46,040 nt of DNA. Source: Pseudomonadota bacterium (GTDB lineage Bacteria > Bdellovibrionota_F > JAHFAK01 > JBDREC01). Position 1 is the first letter of the stretch, and each line of letters opens with the position of its first letter. A program made the position numbers and the translations under genes. The stretch covers positions 1 to 46,040 of the forward strand of contig JBDREC010000015.1 of the NCBI GenBank assembly GCA_043820105.1. Direction: 5' to 3'. The notes under the pieces are model-generated. The model saw only the letters and a list, made by a program, of their open reading frames with translations. It did no database searches and was not told where the DNA came from. Of this stretch, positions 1 through 9,250 are shown in pieces.

Positions 1-190
1 GGATATTAGTTAAGCAAACAGGCTAATTACTTAGATTACATATAACACTCTAGATAACCAGATAAGCTCAAAAGAGGATCTAGGATAGAAGGCATATCCA
101 AAAGGTATGCTGGCGGATTTTAGATAGATAAGATTTGGAAAGGATCTAGGAAGAAGAGAGACTACAAAAGTTATTTCAACCTGTCTTTAT

Positions 191-231
191 AAAAAAAGGC
201 CGTCAGGTGTAAACCTGGTGGCCTTTTTTTT
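191..231. terminator. Bidirectional intrinsic terminator
   Basis: A7-GGCCGTCAGG-tgtaaa-CCTGGTGGCC-T8 hairpin with A and T tracts on both sides, downstream of the minus-strand ORF ending at 280. Confidence 0.85.
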
Positions 232-279
232 CTTAAACATAGAACCCGAACTCAGATGATTTGAAGATTAAGATTAAGG

Positions 280-1332
280 CTAGAACCGTGGGTGTGTCGG
301 AAGATCATGGATATTTACTAATACATTTTCCATGGTATTTGAAGTGAAAACATATGTAATATCAGCAATACCTTCACCAAGAGAATCAACAAAAGAATAG
401 AAATTAGCTAAAGGATCATGTGTGAAATCCCAGCTTGTAACAAGATCATTTTCAGGATTTAAGAATATATCTTCTCGCCAACCCTGAATTTCGATTCTTG
501 TTAGCATCCAATCAAGGTTCTTTATTTTATCAAGTTCAGAATCTCTAAAACCAAATTGTGATCTTATTTCATCGAAAATATCATATTCAACTATTTTCTT
601 TTCTTCATCGGTTTGTGCTGCAAAATATCTTGATTTTTGGGCATCAGCTTGTGCGTAAGCATCTTTGGCTTCACTTATTTCATTTAGTCTATTTGATTTA
701 TAATTATCAAGGTCATAAAGCATTCTAGTGAGTTGTTGCACTTTGAACATGTTTGTATGCTCTTTGTTGAGTAAAGCTAAAATTTCCGGAAAGAGAAATA
801 ACTTGTCCTTTAAAAAGAAATCCTCAAAACGTACATTAAATTGATCCGTATTAATAAGTTCATCTATTCTTTCTGCAGATGCTCGCAAGTTTTCTGCTGC
901 CCATTCTTTATCATGTGCCCACTCTTTAAAGGCATTTAAATCAGCTGGCATTCTTATCATACCTTCTCTTATTCTTTTATCAAGCAGTCTTACACATTGG
1001 TTTGAAAAAGCTTGCTCAAAGTCTGGATATTCAGGAATACTGGTGTAGTCTATTCTAAAATCAATAATGTGATCAATTTTATCAATTGCCTTATCACAAG
1101 CCTTGGCTTGAGATTCATAGTTATCAGCAACATGATTTAATAAGGTCTTTGTAAAATTAGGGTCAATTGAATAATTGTGTGTAGCAAGATCTGCATCAAA
1201 GTCGATTGTTAGGTCATCAAAGGATCCATCTATAGACATTAAGTATTCTGATACATAGTTATCTTCTGTCTTATCTGGAATATCTTTTAGAAAATACTTT
1301 TCTATTTCAAAAATATCATCTTGCTTACCCAT
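280..1332 (-). CDS. Hypothetical helical protein; probably the C-terminal part of the 1360..3120 gene
   Basis: 350-aa ORF in the same frame as 1360..3120, separated by one TAA and 9 sense codons; no SD-like motif before its ATG. Confidence 0.55.
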   Translation of the reverse strand: MGKQDDIFEIEKYFLKDIPDKTEDNYVSEYLMSIDGSFDDLTIDFDADLATHNYSIDPNFTKTLLNHVADNYESQAKACDKAIDKIDHIIDFRIDYTSIPEYPDFEQAFSNQCVRLLDKRIREGMIRMPADLNAFKEWAHDKEWAAENLRASAERIDELINTDQFNVRFEDFFLKDKLFLFPEILALLNKEHTNMFKVQQLTRMLYDLDNYKSNRLNEISEAKDAYAQADAQKSRYFAAQTDEEKKIVEYDIFDEIRSQFGFRDSELDKIKNLDWMLTRIEIQGWREDIFLNPENDLVTSWDFTHDPLANFYSFVDSLGEGIADITYVFTSNTMENVLVNIHDLPTHPRF

Positions 1333-1359
1333 GAGCTTTGCAAAATATTTTTTTTCTTT

Positions 1360-3120
1360 TTAATAGTAATTTCTTATTCCTTGTTCAACATAGTCTTTAA
1401 TTTGGGAAGTAAAAATCAGGGCCCTTTGATATTCGCCGGTTTCTTTTAGGATATCTTTAATGTTTTCGTATTTTTTGCCAAATATATAATAGAATATATT
1501 TGATTTGTTTGATATACCAGCAAAACCTGGAGCTAACCATTTTAAAATAGCAGGAGGTTCCATAAATGTGGCTAATTCGCTTTTTATTAACTCAGCAGTT
1601 CCATAATTATCAACATATTCTTGCAAAGTTTTTCGTAGTTTTACATCCTCTTTAAGGGATTCAACTTCAGCTGTTAATAGTTGATGGAATTCATAAAGTG
1701 GCGTTAAGGCAAGTTCTCTATATTTTTTTCGCTCTTCTAAGACTTCTTTTAATTTATCACGGGTTTCTCGAACATTTGAATTATCAAGATTATCCAGAAG
1801 ATTTGATATTTTTATATTGTTATATCCCAAGTGCTTTCCTTCATTATAAAGATGCCTGAAGTACTTGATTGTTAGATCAATGGAATAAGGGACATACCTC
1901 GGGACCTCCTGAGATATTAAAACTCCACAAAGCCCAATTAGTCCACCTTTCACAATAGATGAAACACCAGGAATTCTTTTGGCAATCCTTAGTCCTAACT
2001 GGCTTCTTAAAGCCCATTTTCCAAATCTTGATGTGAAAAGTTTTTGCATTAAAAGGCTTTCAGCTTTTGTAAAAGGTAAGTTTAAAGCAAAGCCTGCAAA
2101 AGCCATACTTCCAACAAAAGTAAGAAAATGTCCTGTTAACATGTGTTTTCTAAAAGTATTATAAATAAGCAGTCTTCTATATGTATCTTGGCTTATAACC
2201 TTTACCAGGTTTTTTAATAAAAGATAGGTCATGATTCTGTTGTTATCTTTTAAGAAAAATTCTTCTCCCAAATTTGTCATATTTATTCTTTCAATTTTTT
2301 CACTCATTCCCTTTATATCTGTTAAGTGATGGGCAATATTGCTTATATTTACGCCAGTTGCTTCTTCTGTAATGTTAAGCATAGTTAACACATCTCTTTT
2401 ATAATCTTCAGAGTATACAGCGTTTTTAGGGTCAAATTTTCCTGGATCCAGATTGTGTAGTTCTTTTAAGGTAAAATACTTAGCAAGTTCTAACCATTCA
2501 CCGATAATTTCCCAAAAGGAAAAAATATAGATTGTATGTAGATATTGAAGCATAAATGCTCCAAAAATATTAGTTCCAGCAGCAGTTGAAAGTGCTGCTT
2601 GCATATTTTTTGCGGCATTTTTTACCAGGCTTGAATGATTTGCTCCAAATGAAGCCGTGCTATTGATCGCGCCTTCTGCTACCATTGCACCATTAAACAT
2701 TGCCCAGAATTGAGCATCATTTAAATGCTCAGCTGTATACTCACCAATCATTTGCCATTTTTCAAGAAATGACACTGGTTCTTTATCATATGAATACAAT
2801 AATCTAAGGTCATTATAGTCGCGATAAGTAGAAGAAATTATCGAGCCTGTTACCATTACAAAGATTGTGGAAAAATGTTGAGCATAGTTAGATGCACCTG
2901 CCATAACTCTTTTGTTTAATTTATCATTACCAGCTTGTCTTTCATAAAGACCTTCTACCATTGCACCTAGTTCTCCATTGGGATGGCCTCTCATGCCTGG
3001 GTCTGATTCAGCAAGGCGCATGAGTTCTCGAAATGGATCAAAATATTCAGGAGTTGAGGCTGTTAATGATGAGATTAAAAAGGAGCTTAAAATTAAGATT
3101 ATAAAGATTGTTTTATTCAT
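1360..3120 (-). CDS. Secreted hypothetical protein with internal hydrophobic helices
   Basis: 586 aa; signal peptide MNKTIFIILILSSFLISSLTA; hydrophobic segments FLTFVGSMAFAGFAL and GGLIGLCGVLIS; no family recognised. Confidence 0.7.
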   Translation of the reverse strand: MNKTIFIILILSSFLISSLTASTPEYFDPFRELMRLAESDPGMRGHPNGELGAMVEGLYERQAGNDKLNKRVMAGASNYAQHFSTIFVMVTGSIISSTYRDYNDLRLLYSYDKEPVSFLEKWQMIGEYTAEHLNDAQFWAMFNGAMVAEGAINSTASFGANHSSLVKNAAKNMQAALSTAAGTNIFGAFMLQYLHTIYIFSFWEIIGEWLELAKYFTLKELHNLDPGKFDPKNAVYSEDYKRDVLTMLNITEEATGVNISNIAHHLTDIKGMSEKIERINMTNLGEEFFLKDNNRIMTYLLLKNLVKVISQDTYRRLLIYNTFRKHMLTGHFLTFVGSMAFAGFALNLPFTKAESLLMQKLFTSRFGKWALRSQLGLRIAKRIPGVSSIVKGGLIGLCGVLISQEVPRYVPYSIDLTIKYFRHLYNEGKHLGYNNIKISNLLDNLDNSNVRETRDKLKEVLEERKKYRELALTPLYEFHQLLTAEVESLKEDVKLRKTLQEYVDNYGTAELIKSELATFMEPPAILKWLAPGFAGISNKSNIFYYIFGKKYENIKDILKETGEYQRALIFTSQIKDYVEQGIRNYY

Positions 3121-3222
3121 TAAGTTCTACCCTGCGTATTGCATTAATCATTATGTTTCCAATGAAACATTCCTTGTTCACTATCTTTTCAAGGATTAAA
3201 GCTTTTAATTACTAGTACTAAC

Positions 3223-3237
3223 GCAAACTAAGTGCCA
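3223..3237 (-). promoter_or_regulatory. Sigma-54 (-24/-12) promoter
   Basis: Minus strand reads TGGCAC-TTAGT-TTGC, about 100 bp upstream of the ATG at 3120. Confidence 0.75.
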
Positions 3238-3397
3238 TGCCTTGAAAATGAAAAAAACAAGTAATATCAACGACATATCTTGCTGAAAAAGAATTTTTTA
3301 TGTTTAAGTGGATTAATTAACACTTAAAATTTCCAGAATTGGGGTCTTTGGGTCCTCAAATTAAACTTTTGCAGGAGTGCACGAAACATAAAATAAC

Positions 3398-3429
3398 AAG
3401 TGGTAAGTGGTAAGTGGTAAGTGGTAAGT
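3398..3429. repeat. Heptamer tandem array (AAGTGGT) x4.5
   Basis: Read directly. Confidence 0.95.
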
Positions 3430-3443
3430 ATATGCATTAAAAT

Positions 3444-3485
3444 TAATTATTAATTATTAATTATTAATTATTGATTATTGATTAT
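3444..3485. repeat. Heptamer tandem array (TAATTAT)x4 then (TGATTAT)x2
   Basis: Read directly. Confidence 0.9.
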
Positions 3486-3504
3486 TTTCCCATCTCTCAC
3501 CATT

Positions 3505-4920
3505 CTACCTAGGCTTAACCCTCTTAATATCCTTCCCAGCCCTCTCACCAGCCCTATCTTTCGCAGTATCCACTCCACTAGTCCTAGAATCAATATCTCC
3601 AGGTCTTATATCTTCTCCATCAAGCCTTTGTGCATTTCTAGTTCTATCATCCAGGTCTTCATCACCCAAAGATAATGCTTTATCCAATAAGAAATCATCA
3701 ATTTCTTCAAAGCCTTCAAACTCATCAAAGTCAAAATCTGCATCATGACGTTTCGGGAGGTCAGCATCAACGTATCTTGTCTCAGCACGAGCTGCTGCTC
3801 TTTCAAGGCCTTCCCAAATTGCAGTTTCAGCAGCATCAATTTTATCATAGACTCTTTTCGCTTGTTGTTCAAGCAAGGGGTCTTTCATTAGGTTTCCAAT
3901 AACATTTACAATTCTCATAATATCTGTTCTTTGAATATTTTTTGAAGCAATTTCACCTAAAGCATCAATTGCATATTTTTGGTCCCACATTTCATTTTTA
4001 TTTCTTGGATTTGTGGCTCTTTCAATAAGCCATAAAAGGGTTTGTTCTTGGGCACTTTCTGAAAGTAGGGGGAATATGAAACTCATTCTATCATAAATTC
4101 TGTGCCTAGTTGTTAATTTAGCACTGCTTGTTTCAAGTAAAGAAGCAAGCCTTTCTGTTTCTACTAAATCATGAATTATAGCAGTTTCAGCCTCTAATGC
4201 CATGGTTCTTTTCTGCTCTGAATAAGATTGGTTTTGTGTAATTCTATTTAGAAAATCTATGATACTAATACATAAAGAAGCGTCTTGAGTTTTAGTAGCT
4301 GCATCTTTTAAGGCTGCCATAAAGTGAACAATTTTTGATTTTCTGTTGTTATCTTTTAAATCTGGGAAAAGTCTTCCAAGCTGCCTGTCAAATATGGCTT
4401 GATTTTCCAGGTAAAGCTTTCCCATCATTGCTTTTATTTCTACAGCTTCAGGACTTCCATATGACCAGACTAAAATTTGAATTAAATCTTCCAATGCAAG
4501 GCTTGTAAGATAAGGGCTGTTACTGCGACTTAAAATAATTATATTTACTTCAGCTGCCCTTTTGAGAGCTGGGCCTGAACTAAGGCCTGATCTTAAGAGT
4601 TGAATTCCTTTAAAAGTTTCTCTTGGTCGTTTATTACATAGATTAGCTAAGACTTCAGCTGCTTGTGTATAAACACTTTCAAAGGTGCTTTTTTGAGCAA
4701 GTTCTGATAAATGATATACTCCAATAGAAATTTCTAGAACATTTGGTTTAGCATTTGGTCCAGTTAGTGAAATTACTATATCATGAACCTGCTTTAGCTG
4801 GCTTGCCTCAAGATCATGCTTTGTCTTTCCATCATTACCTGCACCATAAGTAATATTGATTATGGAAATAATGAAAATTATTATAAGTCTTAATTTGTGT
4901 ATTGAATAATTATTTATCAT
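3505..4920 (-). CDS. Secreted alpha-helical (HEAT/ARM-like) hypothetical protein, paralog of 4929..6263
   Basis: 471 aa; N-terminal signal peptide; shares blocks with neighbour (KLTTRxRI, WxIERAxNPRN, WDQxxAIxxL). Confidence 0.8.
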   Translation of the reverse strand: MINNYSIHKLRLIIIFIISIINITYGAGNDGKTKHDLEASQLKQVHDIVISLTGPNAKPNVLEISIGVYHLSELAQKSTFESVYTQAAEVLANLCNKRPRETFKGIQLLRSGLSSGPALKRAAEVNIIILSRSNSPYLTSLALEDLIQILVWSYGSPEAVEIKAMMGKLYLENQAIFDRQLGRLFPDLKDNNRKSKIVHFMAALKDAATKTQDASLCISIIDFLNRITQNQSYSEQKRTMALEAETAIIHDLVETERLASLLETSSAKLTTRHRIYDRMSFIFPLLSESAQEQTLLWLIERATNPRNKNEMWDQKYAIDALGEIASKNIQRTDIMRIVNVIGNLMKDPLLEQQAKRVYDKIDAAETAIWEGLERAAARAETRYVDADLPKRHDADFDFDEFEGFEEIDDFLLDKALSLGDEDLDDRTRNAQRLDGEDIRPGDIDSRTSGVDTAKDRAGERAGKDIKRVKPR

Positions 4921-4928
4921 ATTACTTC

Positions 4929-6263
4929 TTACTTCCTTTTTATAATATTTACTTTTTTTCCAGTTCTTTCTTTGGCTTTATCAGTTTTTTCTCTGGGGAT
5001 TAAAACTGTGGCTTCTGGATTTGCGCCATCTGACCTTATGTTTGCACGTGTTTCAGGCTTTAAATCAATTGCAGCGGGAGAGGTGAAAAAAAGTGGAATG
5101 TCTTCTAAACTAAAATTAGGATCTGCGGGTGGTCTGCTTCTTTCAAATCTTTCCCGAACAATTGCATCCATCCTTTTTTCAGCCATAGCCACTTCATTCT
5201 CAATTAATGGATCTTGCTTTAAGTGATAAAAAGCCCAGTTAATATCACTGTTTTCACTGCCTTCTAGGTGCTGGCTTCCAAGTATGGAAAGAGTGTTTAT
5301 AGCGCACCTTTGATCCCATTTTTCAGTTTGATTTCTAGGATTTTTAGCTCTTTCAATGACCCAGGCCAAGGTTTGTGTTCTTCCTTCACCGTCAGCACTT
5401 GCAAAAACTAAGGCTATTAATTGAAAGATTCTTTGTCTTGTTGTTAATTTAATATAAGTATTTTCAAACAAATGCTCGATATTGCCTTCATTAATTAAAG
5501 ATCTGATAATATCTGCTTCAGCTTCTAGGGCATGTTTTTTCTTTAAAAGCGAATAGTCAGGGTGTCTTGATATACTATGAAAAAATTCCATTGTTTTTAA
5601 TTTAAATTCAAGATTTTCGCTTTCTATTGCTGCTTCTTTTAGGCGATTAATTAATTTAACTATATTTGCATCAGTATCTAGTTGATCTGCTTCTTCTTCT
5701 CTTAATTCTGGAAATATCTGTTCTAACCATACTCTAAAATAAATTGGTTTCACTTGAAAAAGTTTGGCAATTAATTCCCTAATTTGTGCATATTCTGCGC
5801 TTTCAAAGGCTGCTTCAGCAAGACTTATAAGGTCATAAATGGCATCCATTGCTAAGTAAATTTGATGAGCATTTTTAATTAAAACAAAATCAATTTCTGC
5901 AAGCCTTAAAAGTGAAAAATCTTCAGGGCCTGAATATCTGTCAAGTCTGTATTCATTAATTATTCCAAAAGTATTAGAATATACATTGCTAACCTCAGCT
6001 AAAACTTGAGTCGCAGATTTATAAACACTTTCAATACTACTTTCATGAGCTAGTTCACAAAGCCTTGTTATACCTCTGTGAAAATCAACAGCACTTGCAT
6101 TGTGAAAGTTGAGTGAAAGATCACTTCTTATCACTTCAATTTCAAATAATAGTAATTCTTCTTCAGTTAAAGGGCCATCGCTTGCTATACACAGATTAGA
6201 AAATGCAAGAAGTCCTAAGAAAACAAATATCATTATTGGCTTGCAAAAGTTCAGTTTCAACAT
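4929..6263 (-). CDS. Secreted alpha-helical hypothetical protein, paralog of 3505..4920
   Basis: ATG at 6263 after AAAGGA (TTG at 6266 is an alternative); signal peptide; shared motifs with neighbour; 8-bp gap suggests an operon. Confidence 0.8.
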   Translation of the reverse strand: MLKLNFCKPIMIFVFLGLLAFSNLCIASDGPLTEEELLLFEIEVIRSDLSLNFHNASAVDFHRGITRLCELAHESSIESVYKSATQVLAEVSNVYSNTFGIINEYRLDRYSGPEDFSLLRLAEIDFVLIKNAHQIYLAMDAIYDLISLAEAAFESAEYAQIRELIAKLFQVKPIYFRVWLEQIFPELREEEADQLDTDANIVKLINRLKEAAIESENLEFKLKTMEFFHSISRHPDYSLLKKKHALEAEADIIRSLINEGNIEHLFENTYIKLTTRQRIFQLIALVFASADGEGRTQTLAWVIERAKNPRNQTEKWDQRCAINTLSILGSQHLEGSENSDINWAFYHLKQDPLIENEVAMAEKRMDAIVRERFERSRPPADPNFSLEDIPLFFTSPAAIDLKPETRANIRSDGANPEATVLIPREKTDKAKERTGKKVNIIKRK

Positions 6264-6312
6264 CAATATTCCTTTATTATTTCTTTAGTATAATTTTAGC
6301 AATCTAATTTAT

Positions 6313-6329
6313 TACAAGAAAAGTGCCAA
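6313..6329 (-). promoter_or_regulatory. Sigma-54 promoter (variant -12 element)
   Basis: Minus strand TTGGCAC-TTTTC-TTGTA, about 50 bp upstream of the paralog operon. Confidence 0.65.
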
Positions 6330-6501
6330 ATGTCCAAGTAAAATAAGTCTAAATAAAACGTAATGTTATAGAGATAGGGGGTTTTATTTTATGTTAAAAA
6401 CATAAAATAAATACAATAAAAAGACTTATTAAGAGTAAAAAATGTCGCAATTTTTTTATTTTATTATGCATGGTAATTTTTTATAGGTGATTTTTGTCAA
6501 A

Positions 6502-9180
6502 TTATTGTTTTTTATCAATATTTGCTAAAAGAGTTCCCAATTTTTCAATGAGTAGTTTTGATTCTTCAATTGCTGAAAACATAATTTCAGGTTTAACATT
6601 TTCTGGTTCTTTTTTTAGATATTCAGAAAATTCTTCAATATTTTCTTTTAATTCTTTTATTTGATCTCTATAGAATCTAAAAATTATAGTATCTCTATTT
6701 GCAGGAGGTTGATAAAGTTCTTTTCGTTGGTCATATTTTTCCTGAAAGGTATCAGATTTAATAACCTTTATAGCAGCTTCAATCATATTTATAGGAAACT
6801 CTTTATTTTCCCTCATTTTACATAGTATTTTTTCAATTTTTGAATATGAATATCTTGATCTATATGCTCTGTGGGTTGCTAAAGCATCAATAACATCAGC
6901 AAGGCTGATTAATTTTGATTCAAATGGAATTTGTGCTTCATCAAGGGCTTGTGGATAGCCTGAACCATCAATTCTTTCATGGTGATGACCACTTATAATT
7001 GCGATCCTTTCAAATCCAGGAATTTCTGATAAAACTTCACTTGACCACTGAGAATGTTTTTTTATTATTTCAATTTCTTTTTCATTTAAAGCAAGAGGCT
7101 TGTTCAAAATGCGTCTGGGAACGAATATTTTTCCAATATCATGTAAAAGGGCTGAAATTTTCATTTCACTTGGACAATCAATCTGCATTTCTGCAGCTAG
7201 CAAGGAAAGTGTAAACATAACACCATCAGAATGAAAAATTGTATAAGGGTCTTTTCTTCCAATCATTCTGGATAAAGATAAAATAACACCATCAAGTTGC
7301 TGGTTTAGTTTATCTTGTAATGAAGCTGAGTTAATCATAAAGGCAAAATCACGAGCAGCTTCTAAGACTATTAAAAAATCTTTTTTATCAAAAGGACCTT
7401 GATTGGCCTTATCTGAAATTGTTAAGACTCCAATTGTTTTATCAAGTACCACCAAAGGAAAAATCATACATGAACGTGTTGAATAGTTTTTATATTTTTT
7501 TTCATTAAATAAAGAGAAATGTTTTTTATCTTTATCAATGTCTGTTATCAAAAGAGGCTTTTGGCTTTTAAAAACTTTTCCAATTATTCCCTCATTAATT
7601 TCAATTTTCTTTTTAACTAGAGTGATTTTGTCTTCACTACCGTAAATGTATTCTGCTTCTAAAAATTCATGTTCTTCAATGTTCTTACAAATATATATTG
7701 TTGAACGAGTAGAGTTTATAAAGTCACAAATTTGCCTTTGAATAATTGAAGTGCATGATTTTAGGTCTTTTGAGGTCGACATTAAGCTTATTATTTTTAA
7801 TATGAGCTTATTTTTTTCCTGACTATATTTTATTAGGTGGCCTTGGGTAATATGTTGATAAATGATGACTATGATCATTATAAAGGAAAAAATAAAAGGA
7901 AAAGCAGCTCCTAATTGATCAAATCTTAATAAAACTGTTGGATCTAAATTAAAAGGATCATATTTTCCCTGTACAGATTCATAATTTGCCAGGATATTGC
8001 AAATTGAAGCCAGAAGAATGACTCCCAGGTATCTGTGGGAAGAGAGTTTGGAAATCTCATCAGTTTCTAAGAAGTTTTTTAAATAGGCTTCTGGTTCAAG
8101 ACTTTTTAATCTTTTATTAAACTTTTGGTATGTTGCATAAGTAAAGTAAATTGTAAGCACGAAAAAAGCTATATTGTGTAGTAATACTATTAAAAACGCA
8201 ATATTGTAGCGGAAAAAATATGTTTTAGAAGTCAGTGGTTCAAATAGTAAGGATACAATTAAAATACAAATTAAGGTTAAAATAAGAGTATTGTTGAAAA
8301 GCTCTAACTTTTTTTTGTTTGCCAGGCTTAAAGCAGCTGAAAAAATAATCATACTGGAAACAGTTAAGGAAAATACTTTTAAAAATCTAAAAAGTTGAAA
8401 CTCAATACTTTGGCTTATAAAAAAATTATGATATATCAGGTAAAGAGTACCAAGCAAGAGGTATATTGTGAAATAAAAGAACTCTTTTTGTCTTGGGTTG
8501 GAAAGATAATAAAAAAAGCAAATTCCAAAGAGAATAAGTGCAATTATAGCATATAAGAATTTTAGAAAATGGTGGCTTAATAAGTCATTTAAAGAATCAC
8601 TTGACGTTTGGCTAAACTCCCCAACATAGGCTCCCATTTTATTCAAGAAAGTGAAATTAAGCTTGTTTGATTGATAAGCATGTATATCTATTAGCAAAGT
8701 GTTTGTCTTATCTTTGCTGAGTAGTTTTTTATCAAAAGGGTAAGTTGAAATGGTAGAAAAATAGTCAGAGCCTCCAATAAAGTATCCGTTTAAATATACT
8801 CTATGCTTATCTCCAAGGAGTCCTAAAATTATTGAAGGGTATTCAAATTCCTTATCTACTGAAAAGTTCTTTTTCAGAAGATATCGGCCTTTTGTTTTTT
8901 CTTTGTAGTTGTTGTTTTTTGAAATATTTATGTGCTTCCATATTTTCAAGGAAGCTATGTCTATTTTATCAAGATTTGTATTTCTATTAATCTTTAATAT
9001 AGAAAAATCACCTTCAAGACTGATTTTATTATAGCTAGAGTGATTTGATGATGCGCTTGTGTCTTTATATGCTTTGAAAAAGACAAGGGTTAAAATGGAT
9101 AATATGGAAAATACTATAAAGTATTTAATAAATAAATTGAATCTTCTTTCCGTAATAAACATCAAGCCTCTATGTCCCAT
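6502..9180 (-). CDS. Membrane-bound HD-GYP cyclic-di-GMP phosphodiesterase (periplasmic sugar-binding-like domain, multi-TM region, GAF, HD-GYP)
   Basis: LLHDIGK and HHERIDGSGYP motifs; GAF-like GIIGKVF...SCMIFPL...IGVL; about 7 TM helices; VYLNGYFIG resembles a GH2-type sugar-binding domain. Confidence 0.9.
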   Translation of the reverse strand: MGHRGLMFITERRFNLFIKYFIVFSILSILTLVFFKAYKDTSASSNHSSYNKISLEGDFSILKINRNTNLDKIDIASLKIWKHINISKNNNYKEKTKGRYLLKKNFSVDKEFEYPSIILGLLGDKHRVYLNGYFIGGSDYFSTISTYPFDKKLLSKDKTNTLLIDIHAYQSNKLNFTFLNKMGAYVGEFSQTSSDSLNDLLSHHFLKFLYAIIALILFGICFFYYLSNPRQKEFFYFTIYLLLGTLYLIYHNFFISQSIEFQLFRFLKVFSLTVSSMIIFSAALSLANKKKLELFNNTLILTLICILIVSLLFEPLTSKTYFFRYNIAFLIVLLHNIAFFVLTIYFTYATYQKFNKRLKSLEPEAYLKNFLETDEISKLSSHRYLGVILLASICNILANYESVQGKYDPFNLDPTVLLRFDQLGAAFPFIFSFIMIIVIIYQHITQGHLIKYSQEKNKLILKIISLMSTSKDLKSCTSIIQRQICDFINSTRSTIYICKNIEEHEFLEAEYIYGSEDKITLVKKKIEINEGIIGKVFKSQKPLLITDIDKDKKHFSLFNEKKYKNYSTRSCMIFPLVVLDKTIGVLTISDKANQGPFDKKDFLIVLEAARDFAFMINSASLQDKLNQQLDGVILSLSRMIGRKDPYTIFHSDGVMFTLSLLAAEMQIDCPSEMKISALLHDIGKIFVPRRILNKPLALNEKEIEIIKKHSQWSSEVLSEIPGFERIAIISGHHHERIDGSGYPQALDEAQIPFESKLISLADVIDALATHRAYRSRYSYSKIEKILCKMRENKEFPINMIEAAIKVIKSDTFQEKYDQRKELYQPPANRDTIIFRFYRDQIKELKENIEEFSEYLKKEPENVKPEIMFSAIEESKLLIEKLGTLLANIDKKQ

Positions 9181-9250
9181 AGCATTTTAATAGTCTATAA
9201 GTAATAGGTGAATTAAGAAAAATCAATTAAGAAGTAGTTTTTTGGTAAGC

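Noticed and set aside
1360-1362. Genome-wide stop-codon reassignment
   Set aside because: TAA, TAG and TGA all end conserved genes at expected positions elsewhere in the window (for example trxA TAA, HU TAG, dusB TGA).
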